64,000 bases of DNA from Candidatus Heimdallarchaeum endolithica (GCA_021513715.1 CP084167.1:2304001-2368000); one strand, 5' to 3'. Shown: positions 1 through 10,969, numbered from the stretch's first letter. The notes: generated by a model from the sequence alone, not told the origin. Numbers and translations: made by a program.

Positions 1-220
1 CCGCAATTTTAATTTCTGTGTTCTTTAAAATATTATAAGCATATGAAACATAAGAACTATTAACACATACGGCTCCAAAATTGTATTCAATAGCTTCATC
101 ACACAGTTTTTTTATCTCTTCTTTTTTCGCATATGGTCTAAGGTTTGTATGATCAATAATCTTAGCCATCTCTTCTATTGTAATTTTTCGATTATACACA
201 GATAGTTCTAATGTTTTCAC
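1..220 (-). CDS. deoC: deoxyribose-phosphate aldolase, 5' part (runs off window start; not in ORF track)
   Basis: Manual translation of the minus strand: ...MAKIIDHTNLRPYAKKEEIKKLCDEAIEYNFGAVCVNSSYV, the typical DeoC N-terminus (IDHTxL, LCxEA, AVCV). GTG start at 220 is tentative. Confidence 0.9.
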   Translation of the reverse strand, partial: MKTLELSVYNRKITIEEMAKIIDHTNLRPYAKKEEIKKLCDEAIEYNFGAVCVNSSYVSYAYNILKNTEIKIA

Positions 221-393
221 TAATAAAACTTTTTGGAAAGAATAGTACTTCCGAATTATCTCAAAAAGTATGAATTGAGAACACGCCAATGATAGTATGA
301 ACGCCTATAATTTTAACCTATAGAAATCGGTCAACTTATTGCGGAAGTACTAAAAGAAAACAGAAAAGTAATTTAAGTTGAAATGTGTTTCGT

Positions 394-1629
394 TTATTCT
401 TCAATTTCAACTGTTTCAGTTTCAATCTGTTTTAGATCTTTTCCATACACAGCAAAGAAAACTACTCCAAGTACACCAAAACCAGTTGCTACAAAGAAAT
501 TTGTTGCAGGATTGATATTCCAGAAAATTGCTGCACTAAATGCTGCAATGGAAACAATAATGTCTCGAATTAGATAATATGTACCAAACGTACTAGCTTT
601 TGCGTCTTCTGGCGCTAAATCCATTATTAGAGCTTTTCTAGTCGGTTCTCCAAATTCTTTTAGTCCTCTGACAATAAATGCTATAATAAACATCCAAAAA
701 TTATGACTGAAAAATAGTACTGTGGGAAAAATAGTAAAGAAAACAAAAGTTATTGCAACAAAAGGTTTTTTCCTTTGTGTTTTATCTGCAAAATAGGCTA
801 CTGGTATATAGATTAATAATGCTGTTGTCATTTCGATTGCTGTTAAGAATCCAAATTGCAAGCTAGTGATTCCATTGTAATTCATTGCCCATATAGCCAG
901 AAAAGCATAAGGTATCTGCTCAGCGAAACGGATGAGAATATCTGATATTAGCAGTGTTCGAAGTTCTGGTCTAATGTTATGTAGAGTTTCTCGTAAGCGC
1001 AAAGGGGCTTTGCTTTTCTTTGGTGGTTCTTTAATAAAATAAATCTCTGCTATTGTTGCTATAAAAGCCAAAAACAAAGCTATAATAAATGAGATTCGAA
1101 CACCAATAACAATCCCATAGTAGCCAATAATTGCTCCACCAATGATTGGACCTAAAGCCATTGGGATTCTGCGAACTAATGAGTGTAAACTGACACCCAT
1201 TGCTCTTCTGTCTTTTCCTACAACAGTAGAAACTAAATCCATTATTGCTGGTAGGGAGATGGCTGTCCAAGATAAGAAAAAAACTGCTCCAAGAATTACG
1301 GCCCACCAAGTAGAAATAATAATAACAATGCTGAAACCAATCATTGCCATAATGTTAAACACAACTAAAGCTTTCTTATAACCTATTTTATCACTTAAAT
1401 ATCCACCTGGAAAAGAATAAAGAGCAGAAAGAAAATTGTCTGTTCCATTAAGAGCACTAACAATAAAATTTGTTCCACCTATAGCTAATAAATAAACAGG
1501 TAAAAATCTTTCAGCTAATTTTTCCCCAAGACCAACGAATATGACCATTAACATCATAGTGATCATACTAGGAGTAAACAACGATGAAATTGATTGCTTT
1601 GGGTTGGATTCCATTTTGCTCGACGGCAA
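394..1629 (-). CDS. MFS transporter
   Basis: About 12 hydrophobic segments; MFS motif A GYLSDKIGYK. Confidence 0.9.
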   Translation of the reverse strand: MPSSKMESNPKQSISSLFTPSMITMMLMVIFVGLGEKLAERFLPVYLLAIGGTNFIVSALNGTDNFLSALYSFPGGYLSDKIGYKKALVVFNIMAMIGFSIVIIISTWWAVILGAVFFLSWTAISLPAIMDLVSTVVGKDRRAMGVSLHSLVRRIPMALGPIIGGAIIGYYGIVIGVRISFIIALFLAFIATIAEIYFIKEPPKKSKAPLRLRETLHNIRPELRTLLISDILIRFAEQIPYAFLAIWAMNYNGITSLQFGFLTAIEMTTALLIYIPVAYFADKTQRKKPFVAITFVFFTIFPTVLFFSHNFWMFIIAFIVRGLKEFGEPTRKALIMDLAPEDAKASTFGTYYLIRDIIVSIAAFSAAIFWNINPATNFFVATGFGVLGVVFFAVYGKDLKQIETETVEIEE

Positions 1630-1849
1630 TTTATTCTCTTACTCTTTAAATTTTATGTAAAAACGCTTACTAATTATAGTTGATCTATTGTTAATTTTTA
1701 GATTATTTTGAATTTCTCAAAATAGAAAGAAAATTGAAAAATATTTCTTAATCAGAAAAAGACTTTTAAATATGTTAAAGTCCATGAACGTGATATTATA
1801 TTAATTGAATAGAATATAGTCAACTATAAAATAATTGAGGTTATAATAA

Positions 1850-3949
1850 ATGTACAAAACGAAACAAATAGTAACTTTATCCATTCTTATCTTAGTTAGT
1901 GTTTCATTTTCATCTATATTTGTTAAAGGACAAAGTGAGACACAAGTAGATATTGGTAGCAATAGCATGAAAACAGCGCCCACTTTCGTTACTGGTGATA
2001 TACTTGCAAATATCACTGATGATTCCGCGTTCGGGCTTAATGCAACAGCAAAAGTAAACAGATCTGTGTTTTTTGGTTATTATGGTATTGTATCCATTAA
2101 TGATAGTATTGAGTTTAATTTGTATGAAAATGATTCTGTTATATACTTTAACTACACTATTGCAAATATTAATGCAAATAACCTCACCTATTGTAGCTTT
2201 AAAATAGCAAATTATTCTATTGATATGTTACAGTACAGAAATGCTACAAGAAACTACGTTTATGAGAAAGGACTAAATTATACAACATTTAGAGTACCTT
2301 TTCTTTCTAATTATTCAAGTATTTCTGGAAACAGCACTTTCTTCATCAATGCCTATCTTGAATTTGCTTATCCATTTGAATATACAATTGAAAGTGGAGA
2401 ACAAGTTCTTCACTATAAAGAACTACTTTATCCTTTAATTAATAACGTACCCATTATAAACGGCTCAACAACAGTAAAGAAGCAATCTGGTGAAGCTCAA
2501 GAAGGAATAGGCGAAAAATTCCTAGACGATGATAACCATGTTGTTACCCCACAAGAATATATGGTGTCCAACGCTAGTAGTGGGATATTGAAATGGGAGA
2601 ATTTCACTAGGGATGCTTTTAATTATTCTCAATCTATTGATGATGATCTTGTTATGAATATATGGACAATTTCTATTAGTGGTACTCCCTCAGAAGCTCA
2701 ACAGGTTTCTTCTGCTACTGTATTGTTTAAATCTGTTGAATCAAAAAGAAAATTTGATATTAATCCTTATGGAACAGTAAAAATTACTGAAACCCATTAT
2801 GTTCAATATTTAGGACCAGATCATCCTGAAGGGCAACCTATTACCCTCTTTAAATCATATAAATTAAATTCCTTCCAATTAACACTCGAACCTAATGCAA
2901 CAGTGAAATCTTTAACAGACCAGCTCGGGCATCTAAATGTAAAATATCAATTAGACAATGGTATCTACTCACCTGGAACATATACTTTGGCTGATAGTAG
3001 CCTTTATCCAGGCTATAAAGTTTTAACAGTTCATCCTCGATACCCTCTTAAACATGGAGAAATAATCGATTGTACAATAGTTTATACTGTTCCTCTTGAA
3101 CAATTTATGCTTAAAGAGAAAGATACTAATCGCTATAGTATCAGATTATCTCCTCTGTCAATATATAATTGGACAGTAGATAAGATGACATTAGATATAG
3201 TTCTTCCTCGTGGAGCTGTATATAAACAATCCAATTATTCTGCTGGAGATCCTTATCAAGATTTACAGATTAGTTATAGCAAACAGTTCAAACTTTGGAA
3301 ACTTGGTTTCGAAAGAATTTTAACCTATTCTGGAACAAATCTTTCACCAGCTGATAACAGAATATTCTATGTTGATATTACCTATGCTAGGGCAAATCTG
3401 TTCATTAGTTATATCCTGTTAGTTGTTCTCTTAAGTGCTGTTGTGGGATTAATATCACTGTTTAATTGGCTCTCAAAGAAAGTGAAAAAAATTGAAGATT
3501 TAGAAGCTGAAAAAGAATTTGTCCCAGTTGATGAAATACGCTTGTTTGTAAAATTATATGAAGAAGTCTTAGGTATCAAGGATAGAATAAGACAAACAAA
3601 AGAAAAAGTGGCAAAGAAAAAAATGACTGTAAAAGAAGGGAAACAGTTAATCACTGACTTAAGCATACGTCTACGACAAACAGAAGAGAAATTAAAAGAT
3701 GCAAAGACTAATCTTGCAAAACATGGTGGAAAATATAAGAATGCTGTTCAAGAAATTGAAATAAACGAACGTAAACTCCTTGAGGAAAGAAGGAACCAAC
3801 AAACTCTACAACAAGAATATAAGAGAAAGAAGACTCTTACGAAAGAAGCTTATAGACGACTTTTCAGAGAAAGACAAAAGAACATTGAAAAATTAACTAA
3901 TGAGATAAATGGCAGACTTGTCAATCTTAGATTATTAATAGAAGACTAA
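1850..3949 (+). CDS. ribophorin I (OST1/RPN1)-like type I membrane protein
   Basis: Signal peptide; lumenal region with RKFDINPYGTVKITETHYV, LTDQLGHL, PRYPL and VDKMTLDIVLPRGA, matching ribophorin I motifs; one TM; C-terminal coiled coil. Confidence 0.8.
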   Translation: MYKTKQIVTLSILILVSVSFSSIFVKGQSETQVDIGSNSMKTAPTFVTGDILANITDDSAFGLNATAKVNRSVFFGYYGIVSINDSIEFNLYENDSVIYFNYTIANINANNLTYCSFKIANYSIDMLQYRNATRNYVYEKGLNYTTFRVPFLSNYSSISGNSTFFINAYLEFAYPFEYTIESGEQVLHYKELLYPLINNVPIINGSTTVKKQSGEAQEGIGEKFLDDDNHVVTPQEYMVSNASSGILKWENFTRDAFNYSQSIDDDLVMNIWTISISGTPSEAQQVSSATVLFKSVESKRKFDINPYGTVKITETHYVQYLGPDHPEGQPITLFKSYKLNSFQLTLEPNATVKSLTDQLGHLNVKYQLDNGIYSPGTYTLADSSLYPGYKVLTVHPRYPLKHGEIIDCTIVYTVPLEQFMLKEKDTNRYSIRLSPLSIYNWTVDKMTLDIVLPRGAVYKQSNYSAGDPYQDLQISYSKQFKLWKLGFERILTYSGTNLSPADNRIFYVDITYARANLFISYILLVVLLSAVVGLISLFNWLSKKVKKIEDLEAEKEFVPVDEIRLFVKLYEEVLGIKDRIRQTKEKVAKKKMTVKEGKQLITDLSIRLRQTEEKLKDAKTNLAKHGGKYKNAVQEIEINERKLLEERRNQQTLQQEYKRKKTLTKEAYRRLFRERQKNIEKLTNEINGRLVNLRLLIED

Positions 3950-4058
3950 TTACTACCTTTTTCTATCTTTTTTCAACTTCTTATTAACTTTTCAATTTTT
4001 ATTTCTTATTTTTTCTTTAATGAAAAAAGATTAATTTGTATTATTCAATCTATAAATA

Positions 4059-4862
4059 ATGTCAAATCTATCGGAAAATGAGAAAAAAAAATACGTGCGA
4101 CAAATCATTTTGGATAATGTTGGAATTAGAGGACAAGAGAAATTAAAAGAATCTAAAATTTTAGTTGTAGGTTCCGGGGGATTGGGATCAAGTGTTCTTT
4201 ATTATTTAGCAAGTAGTGGTGTTGGGACATTAGGAATCATAGATAAAGATCTAGTTGAATATTCTAATTTAAATAGACAAATCATTCATTTTGAGAAAGA
4301 TGTTGGAAAATCAAAAACTCAGTCTGCTAAAGAGAAACTGTCTTTGTTAAACAAAGATATTACAATTAACACTTATCAATTTGAAATAAATTCTCTTAAT
4401 GCTGAATCGATAATTGCAGACTATGATTTTATTGTTGAAGCTAGCGATAATTTTGAAACAAAGTTTTTAGTAAATGATACTTGTGTAAAATTAGGTAAAG
4501 CTTTTACTATCGCTGGTGTAATGAAATTTGAAGGACAAATAATGACTGTTATTCCAAAGTTTTCTGCTTGCTATAGATGTGTGTTTAGTGAAATACCTGA
4601 ACCTGGAACATATCCTAATAGTTGTGAACTTGGTATCATGGGTACTACAGCAGGTTTTTTTGGTATAATTGAAGCAAATGAGGCTATTAAGTATATATTA
4701 TTTAATGATAGTGATTCAATTAACGACAAATTGCTTGTAAACAAAATCCTTTATGTTGATTTAGAATCCAATTTGTTCGACACTATTATTATTCAAAAGA
4801 ATGAAGAGTGTACTGCGTGTGAAAAAGCAAAAAAGCATAGATATTTCGAATCATTAACTTGA
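4059..4862 (+). CDS. ThiF/MoeB/E1-like adenylyltransferase (UbaA-like)
   Basis: YVRQIIL, VGSGGLGS, SNLNRQ, SDNF, CYRC and CTAC zinc pairs. Confidence 0.92.
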   Translation: MSNLSENEKKKYVRQIILDNVGIRGQEKLKESKILVVGSGGLGSSVLYYLASSGVGTLGIIDKDLVEYSNLNRQIIHFEKDVGKSKTQSAKEKLSLLNKDITINTYQFEINSLNAESIIADYDFIVEASDNFETKFLVNDTCVKLGKAFTIAGVMKFEGQIMTVIPKFSACYRCVFSEIPEPGTYPNSCELGIMGTTAGFFGIIEANEAIKYILFNDSDSINDKLLVNKILYVDLESNLFDTIIIQKNEECTACEKAKKHRYFESLT

Positions 4863-4938
4863 TTTTTGTATAAAATTTTTTATGTTAATCTCACTTTCAG
4901 GAAAGGTCTATGATTAATAACTTCAATATCCTTCTTCA

Positions 4939-5355
4939 TTAGAATATGATCTCTTCATTTAACTCTTCTTCTATTTCTTCTTCTAATTTAAGCCAGTTTA
5001 ATTCAATAAAGTTGTTTAAAGCATGTTCCATTTCTCTCAATGTTTCTAGTAGCATTTTTTTAGCTTTTTTCTCTGAAACACCAGAGTAGGAATATTTTAT
5101 TCCTCCTTTTTCCAACTTTTTAGCAGTTTTCTTGATTAGTCCTTTTTTTATTAAATCGTTGGTTAACCTAAGTGCTGTTGTTCTGTCTCTATTAATGAAC
5201 GAAGCAATTTCTATAATATGTCGTGGTTTTTTTAAAGAATAAAAATAAATCCTTACTTGTATTGGTTTCATCCCAAACAAACATTCAAAGATATCACAGC
5301 GTTTTCCTTGTTTTACGACTTCTGGAAGCTTAGTAAAGCACCTATCTATTGGCAT
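4939..5355 (-). CDS. TrmB/MarR-like HTH transcriptional regulator
   Basis: CLFGM...EIASFINRDRTTALRLTNDLIKKGLI...GGIKYSY wHTH pattern. Confidence 0.8.
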   Translation of the reverse strand: MPIDRCFTKLPEVVKQGKRCDIFECLFGMKPIQVRIYFYSLKKPRHIIEIASFINRDRTTALRLTNDLIKKGLIKKTAKKLEKGGIKYSYSGVSEKKAKKMLLETLREMEHALNNFIELNWLKLEEEIEEELNEEIIF

Positions 5356-5546
5356 TAAATCACCGAATGTGTGTCATATCTCCACATAATAAATGTTGTG
5401 TTTTTTCAAACAAAGAATTTGGGAGCTTTTTTGTTATCAAATAATGAAAGGCAATAAATTAGTTAATATTATCTGATAGCTTTACGTGTTGGAAATAGCA
5501 AAATTCATTTATACTCAAATAAGTTTACTCATTAAGGGTAAAAAAA

Positions 5547-5987
5547 ATGTTTCAACAACCAGGGATGGGTATAGATCCAAATAAATTTGTTTCACAGATG
5601 ATTCTTCAAGCATTACAAGCTTTTTATAATCAGGATTATGAGACTGGTGTTCATTTTATAAATCAGATAAGAGCAAATTTACCTCGTTTTATGTATAAAT
5701 TAAATCCTAGCCTAAGGACTTTATGTAAAGATATTGTGAAACTTGTTCAAGGAGGAAGTTTGGTTAGACAACATGCGCTAGGTGAAGATAAAATTGAACC
5801 TCAAAGTTCTATTGAAAGTGGAACTTCTATGCCACCATCTGATTTATCTAAAACTGAGGAAAAAGTACCTACCGATTTCATAACTGAACTTAGTTCTGCT
5901 GTTAAATCTCAACAGGAGAAGAAGAAAAAGAAAGTTGTAGAAGAATTGAAAGGTTCAATATCTGATTTAGAAGATTTTGATTTCTAG
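5547..5987 (+). CDS. hypothetical protein
   Basis: 146-aa ORF with helical N-terminus and low-complexity C-terminus ending DLEDFDF. Confidence 0.7.
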   Translation: MFQQPGMGIDPNKFVSQMILQALQAFYNQDYETGVHFINQIRANLPRFMYKLNPSLRTLCKDIVKLVQGGSLVRQHALGEDKIEPQSSIESGTSMPPSDLSKTEEKVPTDFITELSSAVKSQQEKKKKKVVEELKGSISDLEDFDF

Positions 5988-6000
5988 CAATAGACGATCT

Positions 6001-6414
6001 CTAACTAGTAAAATAAAAGTTTTCTAAGATGTTTAAATAATGTTCAATTTTTGCGATACAAGTGTTAATTTGATTGGTAAGTGGAGTATTAAGATTCTCA
6101 TTCAATATCTTTCTGAAAATTAAATTATAATATGTTAATTGAAAAACAAGCTGAACAATACGTGCGTAATTAACCACAGGTGAGATGTTATTGATCTTTA
6201 TCATTATCTCTTGTTCTTCTTCTTCTGACAAATTGAAATCAAGCCCTAATACAAATAATTGCTCAAAAATGTAACGAGACTCTTTTAATAGTTCTATTAA
6301 TTGCTCTGCTTTATCTGACAGTTCAGGGACCTCATTTTTAATGTCATTAGCGCTGTATGTTAAATTATCAACTTGCATTAGATTAACACTGTTTACCTTT
6401 TTACAACTAGACAA
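6001..6414 (-). CDS. hypothetical helical protein
   Basis: 137-aa ORF filling the intergenic space; start uncertain (TTG at 6414 or a later ATG). Confidence 0.6.
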   Translation of the reverse strand: MSSCKKVNSVNLMQVDNLTYSANDIKNEVPELSDKAEQLIELLKESRYIFEQLFVLGLDFNLSEEEEQEIMIKINNISPVVNYARIVQLVFQLTYYNLIFRKILNENLNTPLTNQINTCIAKIEHYLNILENFYFTS

Positions 6415-6508
6415 TGAAAAACCATTTTTAAATATATTTGATTCCTTAACAACTTTCTAATAAATTCGCAACAAAAATGTTTAAAACAAAACATTTTCTT
6501 TAAACCTT

Positions 6509-7078
6509 ATGACGGAAAATAACTTTTTTGTGCATCCTTCAGCATTTGTAGAAGAAGAAGCAGAAATCGGTGAAGGAAGTAAAATCTGGCATCAAGCTCA
6601 AATACGAACTAAAGCTAAATTGGGAAAAAATTGTATTATTGGAAAAGCCTCTTTTATTGACATTGAAGTAAAAATAGGTGATAATGTTAAAGTTCAAAAT
6701 TTTGTAAGTGTATATCATGGTGTAGAAGTTGAAGATGATGTTTTTATTGGACCTCATGCCTGTTTCACAAACGATATGTTTCCACGCTCTGTAAACCCTG
6801 ATTGGAAATTAGTGCGTACTTATGTGAAAAAAGGTGCATCAATTGGTGCTAATTCAACTATTGTGTGTGGTACTACATTAAATGAATACTGTATGGTTGG
6901 AGCTGGAAGTGTTGTGACAAAAGACGTTCCTGCTTTTGCTTTAGTATATGGGAATCCTGCAAAGTTAAGAGGCTATGTGTGTTATTGCGGCTCTATCTTG
7001 AGAAAAACAAATGAACCACTTCCACAAGGTACAAAATTAAACTGTGATAAATGTGGAAAGAAAGTTATTATCAAATAA
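6509..7078 (+). CDS. hexapeptide-repeat sugar N-acetyltransferase (WbpD/WxcM-like) with C-terminal Zn ribbon
   Basis: HPSAFVE...[44 protein letters not shown]; CxC...CxxC tail. Confidence 0.9.
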   Translation: MTENNFFVHPSAFVEEEAEIGEGSKIWHQAQIRTKAKLGKNCIIGKASFIDIEVKIGDNVKVQNFVSVYHGVEVEDDVFIGPHACFTNDMFPRSVNPDWKLVRTYVKKGASIGANSTIVCGTTLNEYCMVGAGSVVTKDVPAFALVYGNPAKLRGYVCYCGSILRKTNEPLPQGTKLNCDKCGKKVIIK

Positions 7079-7154
7079 GCTAATACACTTATTTAATGAA
7101 ATATGTTGTTTTTATTTTATTATTTTTTAAAACTAATTTATTTAATTACTAACG

Positions 7155-7168
7155 TTATACCAAAGTTT
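7155..7168. promoter_or_regulatory. 14-bp motif TTATACCAAAGTTT, identical to the one upstream of the second RHH gene
   Basis: Exact match to 29359-29372; both copies lie 75-95 bp upstream of RHH genes. Confidence 0.45.
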
Positions 7169-7243
7169 TTATTGTGTGTTGCATATAACAAATTACTTTA
7201 ATTCTTCCGACATAAAGGAGGTCACTGCTTAGAGGAGAAGAAA

Positions 7244-7459
7244 ATGAATCTTATTTCAATCAGATTACCAGATAGTTTCTTAAATACAATTGACGAAATG
7301 GTGTTGAATGGTAAGTATGCAAGTCGAAGTGAAGCAATCCGCTTGGCTCTGCGAGATTATTACCGAATGCATTTTGCTTCTAAATCGAATACTAACGATA
7401 TTAATCTACCAGATATCGATTTCGAACGATTAAGATCTAAAATAATTTTTGAAGAATAA
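7244..7459 (+). CDS. ribbon-helix-helix regulator (CopG/NikR-N, CdrS-like)
   Basis: ISIRLP...IDEMVLNGKYASRSEAIRLALRD; purine-rich SD (gaggag) upstream. Confidence 0.88.
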   Translation: MNLISIRLPDSFLNTIDEMVLNGKYASRSEAIRLALRDYYRMHFASKSNTNDINLPDIDFERLRSKIIFEE

Positions 7460-7549
7460 TCTTCTTTTTTCTTTTTTAAATTAACCATTCTAAAATTTTC
7501 AATAATCAAATTGTTTAAAAAAACAATTAGGAAGGTAATTTGAATTGAA

Positions 7550-8212
7550 ATGGAATCAACTCAAAGAACAACAATTGATGCCAATAGTACTTATAAGAAT
7601 CCGTTAAAAAGAATAGTTGGACATTTACTTTTTTCTTATGATAGTTTTCTTGAATTACCCAACAAGTACCTTTTAGTAAACGCAATTTTGATAGCTTTTA
7701 TTTCATCAATGTTAGTTTTAGCTAATATCCTAGTTTTAATTAGTAAATTTGAACTAACAGGTACAATTGGGCAAGGATGGATTGATTTTAAAAATAATTT
7801 GATTTTATCAGCTCTTCTTACTCCTGGTTCTCTGTTGTTATGGGCTCTATTAATGCATTCAATGTTAAGTTTTATGGGTGGAAAAGGAAAATTTCTACGT
7901 TCTCTTGCGATATATTGTATTGCTCAAATCCCCGTAATTATTGGTGATCTGATCCTTTTAATTGTTGCTTTTACTCAACCAACTATAATCGCGGATGGGA
8001 GTTTAGATCCTGGTAGTTTTACTCAACTAACAGGACAATATTTCCATTCTCACTCCCTTGCTTCCTTGATTTTAACACCTTTTACAATACTTTATTCCAA
8101 TCTTGTTGCAGGAATTGGTATGAGTGCTGAACATAAAGCTCCAGAACTATTAGGTTGGATCTCTGGTGGAATTATTGCTTTATTTTCTATTTTACTAAGA
8201 ATTTTCGTATAA
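7550..8212 (+). CDS. Yip1-domain membrane protein
   Basis: Five-TM pattern with LLMHSMLSFMGGKGKF...LAIYCIAQIP, typical of Yip1. Confidence 0.7.
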   Translation: MESTQRTTIDANSTYKNPLKRIVGHLLFSYDSFLELPNKYLLVNAILIAFISSMLVLANILVLISKFELTGTIGQGWIDFKNNLILSALLTPGSLLLWALLMHSMLSFMGGKGKFLRSLAIYCIAQIPVIIGDLILLIVAFTQPTIIADGSLDPGSFTQLTGQYFHSHSLASLILTPFTILYSNLVAGIGMSAEHKAPELLGWISGGIIALFSILLRIFV

Positions 8213-8225
8213 GTTTAAAAAAGAA

Positions 8226-9422
8226 TTAGTTCTCTTTCTTATACTCTTCTAACATTTCTTTAACTTTTTTCTTCAGAATTTCAGCTTTATCAGTATTTTC
8301 CCAAGTAAATTCAGGTTCTTCTCTTCCGAAATGTCCATAGACTGAAGTTTTCTTGTAAATAGGTCTTCTTAAATTGAGTTGTTCTGAAATCATTCCTGGA
8401 CGAAAATCAAAAATTACATCGACAGCTTGACGAATAATCTCAACAGGATATTTCTCTGTTTTAAAACATTCAATATTTTGAGCTAAAGGAATCGGCTCCC
8501 CAATAGCATAAGAAACTTGTACTTCACATTTTTTAGCTAATCCTGCTGCGACAATATTTTTCGCGACATATCTTGCGTAGTAAGATGCTGATCTATCAAC
8601 TTTTGATGGGTCTTTACCACTAAATGCTCCTCCTCCATGGCTGTCTACGCCTCCATAGGTGTCGACAATAATTTTTCTTCCTGTCAATCCTGAATCGCCA
8701 TGAGGACCGCCAATTACAAACCTTCCAGTTCTGTTGATATAAATCTTAGTTTCGTCATCAATTAGTTTAGATGGAATTACTTTGTTAATTACTTCTCTTT
8801 TAATTCCTTCCTCAATTTCTTCCGTAGAAACATCTTCTGTGTGTTGTGCAGCAATAACAATTGCATGAACACGTATGGGTTTGTCTTCCTCATATTCAAC
8901 AGTAACTAATGATTTGCCATCAGGACGTAGAAAAGGTAATATTCCCTTTTTTCTTACTTCACTTAGTTTTTTTGTTAGCTTATGAGCTAATACAATCGGT
9001 AAAGGCATATATTCTGGTGTCTCATCACAAGCATATCCGTACATGATTCCTTGATCTCCTGCTCCTTGTTTTTCTATTTTTGACTTTGATACACCTTGGT
9101 CTATATCTGGAGATTGTGCATGAAGAGCATTGATAACTGCGCACCCTCTATAATCAAAACCGATTGATGAGTCATTATATCCTATTTCTTTAATTGTTTC
9201 TCTAACAATTCTATGAATCTCTTCATTTGATAGTGGTACTATGGTTTTAATTTCTCCTCCTACGAGTACTAATCCAGTTGTTACAAATACTTCACAAGCA
9301 ACATGAGCTTCTGGGTCTTTTGCTATAATGTAATCTAAAATAGAATCTGAAATTTGATCACATATTTTATCAGGGTGTCCTTCAGTAACACTTTCAGAAG
9401 AGATAAATTTACGGCAAATCAT
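8226..9422 (-). CDS. metK: S-adenosylmethionine synthetase, bacterial/eukaryotic type
   Basis: [47 protein letters not shown]. Confidence 0.97.
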   Translation of the reverse strand: MICRKFISSESVTEGHPDKICDQISDSILDYIIAKDPEAHVACEVFVTTGLVLVGGEIKTIVPLSNEEIHRIVRETIKEIGYNDSSIGFDYRGCAVINALHAQSPDIDQGVSKSKIEKQGAGDQGIMYGYACDETPEYMPLPIVLAHKLTKKLSEVRKKGILPFLRPDGKSLVTVEYEEDKPIRVHAIVIAAQHTEDVSTEEIEEGIKREVINKVIPSKLIDDETKIYINRTGRFVIGGPHGDSGLTGRKIIVDTYGGVDSHGGGAFSGKDPSKVDRSASYYARYVAKNIVAAGLAKKCEVQVSYAIGEPIPLAQNIECFKTEKYPVEIIRQAVDVIFDFRPGMISEQLNLRRPIYKKTSVYGHFGREEPEFTWENTDKAEILKKKVKEMLEEYKKEN

Positions 9423-9454
9423 TAAAAAAGAACTTAAAAAGACTTCTTTAAATT

Positions 9455-10018
9455 TTATGGTTCTTCGTTTTTTATAGTCTTAATTTTTTTCTCGTTACTT
9501 ATATGATAAAGTTTCAAAATATCTGTATATGTCTGAGCTTTAAATCTCTGTCTGTCTAGTGAGAAAAACGATATCGTTTTTTCTATATCATCTTGTGTTC
9601 CCTCAATTTCGATAACAAACCCTATTTTTTTGAAGAAATCAATTGTTATTAGACAGTTGTTATAATTCAGGAATTTTCTTTCCTTTTTTACTTCTCTTAT
9701 TTTTTTATATCCCATTCTTTTAAAAATTGATTCTAAAACAATTCCATCGCTTATTTGTGTCTCTAATTCTTCTCTTATTTTATATCCTTGTGACGTGTCG
9801 ACCTTTCCTTTATATGTTAAATAATATTTTTCACCTTGCTTTCTTAACCTTAATTCACAGTTTCTTTTCTTTAATTCTCTGCTTTTATCTAAAAAAATGT
9901 CGACAATTTGCTCTGTGAAAAATTGTTTGTTGATTTTTTTTTCTATTTTACTTTGGATATTTTCTATAATTTCCTTTTCTTCAGGAAAAAAATATGCTTT
10001 TAACTCTGTTTCGTTCAT
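9455..10018 (-). CDS. cyaB: CYTH family, class IV adenylate cyclase-like
   Basis: ETELK N-terminal motif, LRLRK, LTYKG, REELE, IEIE. Confidence 0.85.
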   Translation of the reverse strand: MNETELKAYFFPEEKEIIENIQSKIEKKINKQFFTEQIVDIFLDKSRELKKRNCELRLRKQGEKYYLTYKGKVDTSQGYKIREELETQISDGIVLESIFKRMGYKKIREVKKERKFLNYNNCLITIDFFKKIGFVIEIEGTQDDIEKTISFFSLDRQRFKAQTYTDILKLYHISNEKKIKTIKNEEP

Positions 10019-10097
10019 TAATTGCAGGATATACTATTATTATTTGAACATTGTTTTTAGGAAATTTTATTAAGACTGCTCCAAATAGTTAATTGTT

Positions 10098-10775
10098 ATG
10101 AATGTTTCAGACCAAGGTTCCAAACTAGACACTATTATTTCTAAATTAAGAAATAACTTAGATCAGTCTTTCTGGTTAGGAAAAGGAACACGTAATTCTT
10201 TTAAAAAAAACATAAAAGATTTCCACGAAAAAGGGATTTTAACAAAGGCCGAATACAATTATATTCAAAAGAATGAACGTAGAGTTTTAACTAAAGCTCA
10301 ACTTATTCATATTATCCCAGAGATACAACAAAAGGATATACTAGAAAATACTATAAGAAATCTTTCTCGTGTTATTGTAAAGAAAAAAAGTAGCTCAATA
10401 GATGTTTCAGAAGAAAGTGTAAAGCAAAACTTACAAAATGAAGTGCGTAATCATATGAAAGATATATTTGGAGAGAAATTCGAGACTGTGTCTGATGAAT
10501 TTGATAATGTGATATCAATAATTCTAAACAGTGTAGATGTGAGTTTGGAGCTCGAAAAACTTTCTAATCGATTGATTTCAATAAGGGATGCACTTTTAGA
10601 AAAAGGATACAGTAGAATGTTGATTTATGATATTGATAGACTAGCTGCAAGAATGTTAAGTCTGTCTAAAAAGAGCAATCCTGGAGAAATGCCGTCACGA
10701 GAAGAGCTAGCTGATCATATCAAACAATTATATTATAACTATAAAATGTCATCCAAAGACAACAGACTTAGTTAA
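10098..10775 (+). CDS. hypothetical helical protein
   Basis: 225-aa ORF with normal codon usage, followed by a T-rich terminator; no recognised motif. Confidence 0.7.
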   Translation: MNVSDQGSKLDTIISKLRNNLDQSFWLGKGTRNSFKKNIKDFHEKGILTKAEYNYIQKNERRVLTKAQLIHIIPEIQQKDILENTIRNLSRVIVKKKSSSIDVSEESVKQNLQNEVRNHMKDIFGEKFETVSDEFDNVISIILNSVDVSLELEKLSNRLISIRDALLEKGYSRMLIYDIDRLAARMLSLSKKSNPGEMPSREELADHIKQLYYNYKMSSKDNRLS

Positions 10776-10969
10776 TAACTTTTTTTTAATTTTGATATTT
10801 TGATACTTATTCTACTAATACAATTTTTTATTTTATTGATTTGAATTTATAATGTGCATTGAAAAAAAGATTTAAATAAAAATAGAAAATTGTTATAATA
10901 GTTTTGAGTGATTTTACTCGAAAAATTAAGATTCTAATTGTTTCTTGACATATAAAAAAGGTTATTCAA

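Noticed and set aside
228-390. Riboswitch or ncRNA upstream of deoC
   Set aside because: Slightly GC-richer, but no convincing fold or known consensus was found by eye.
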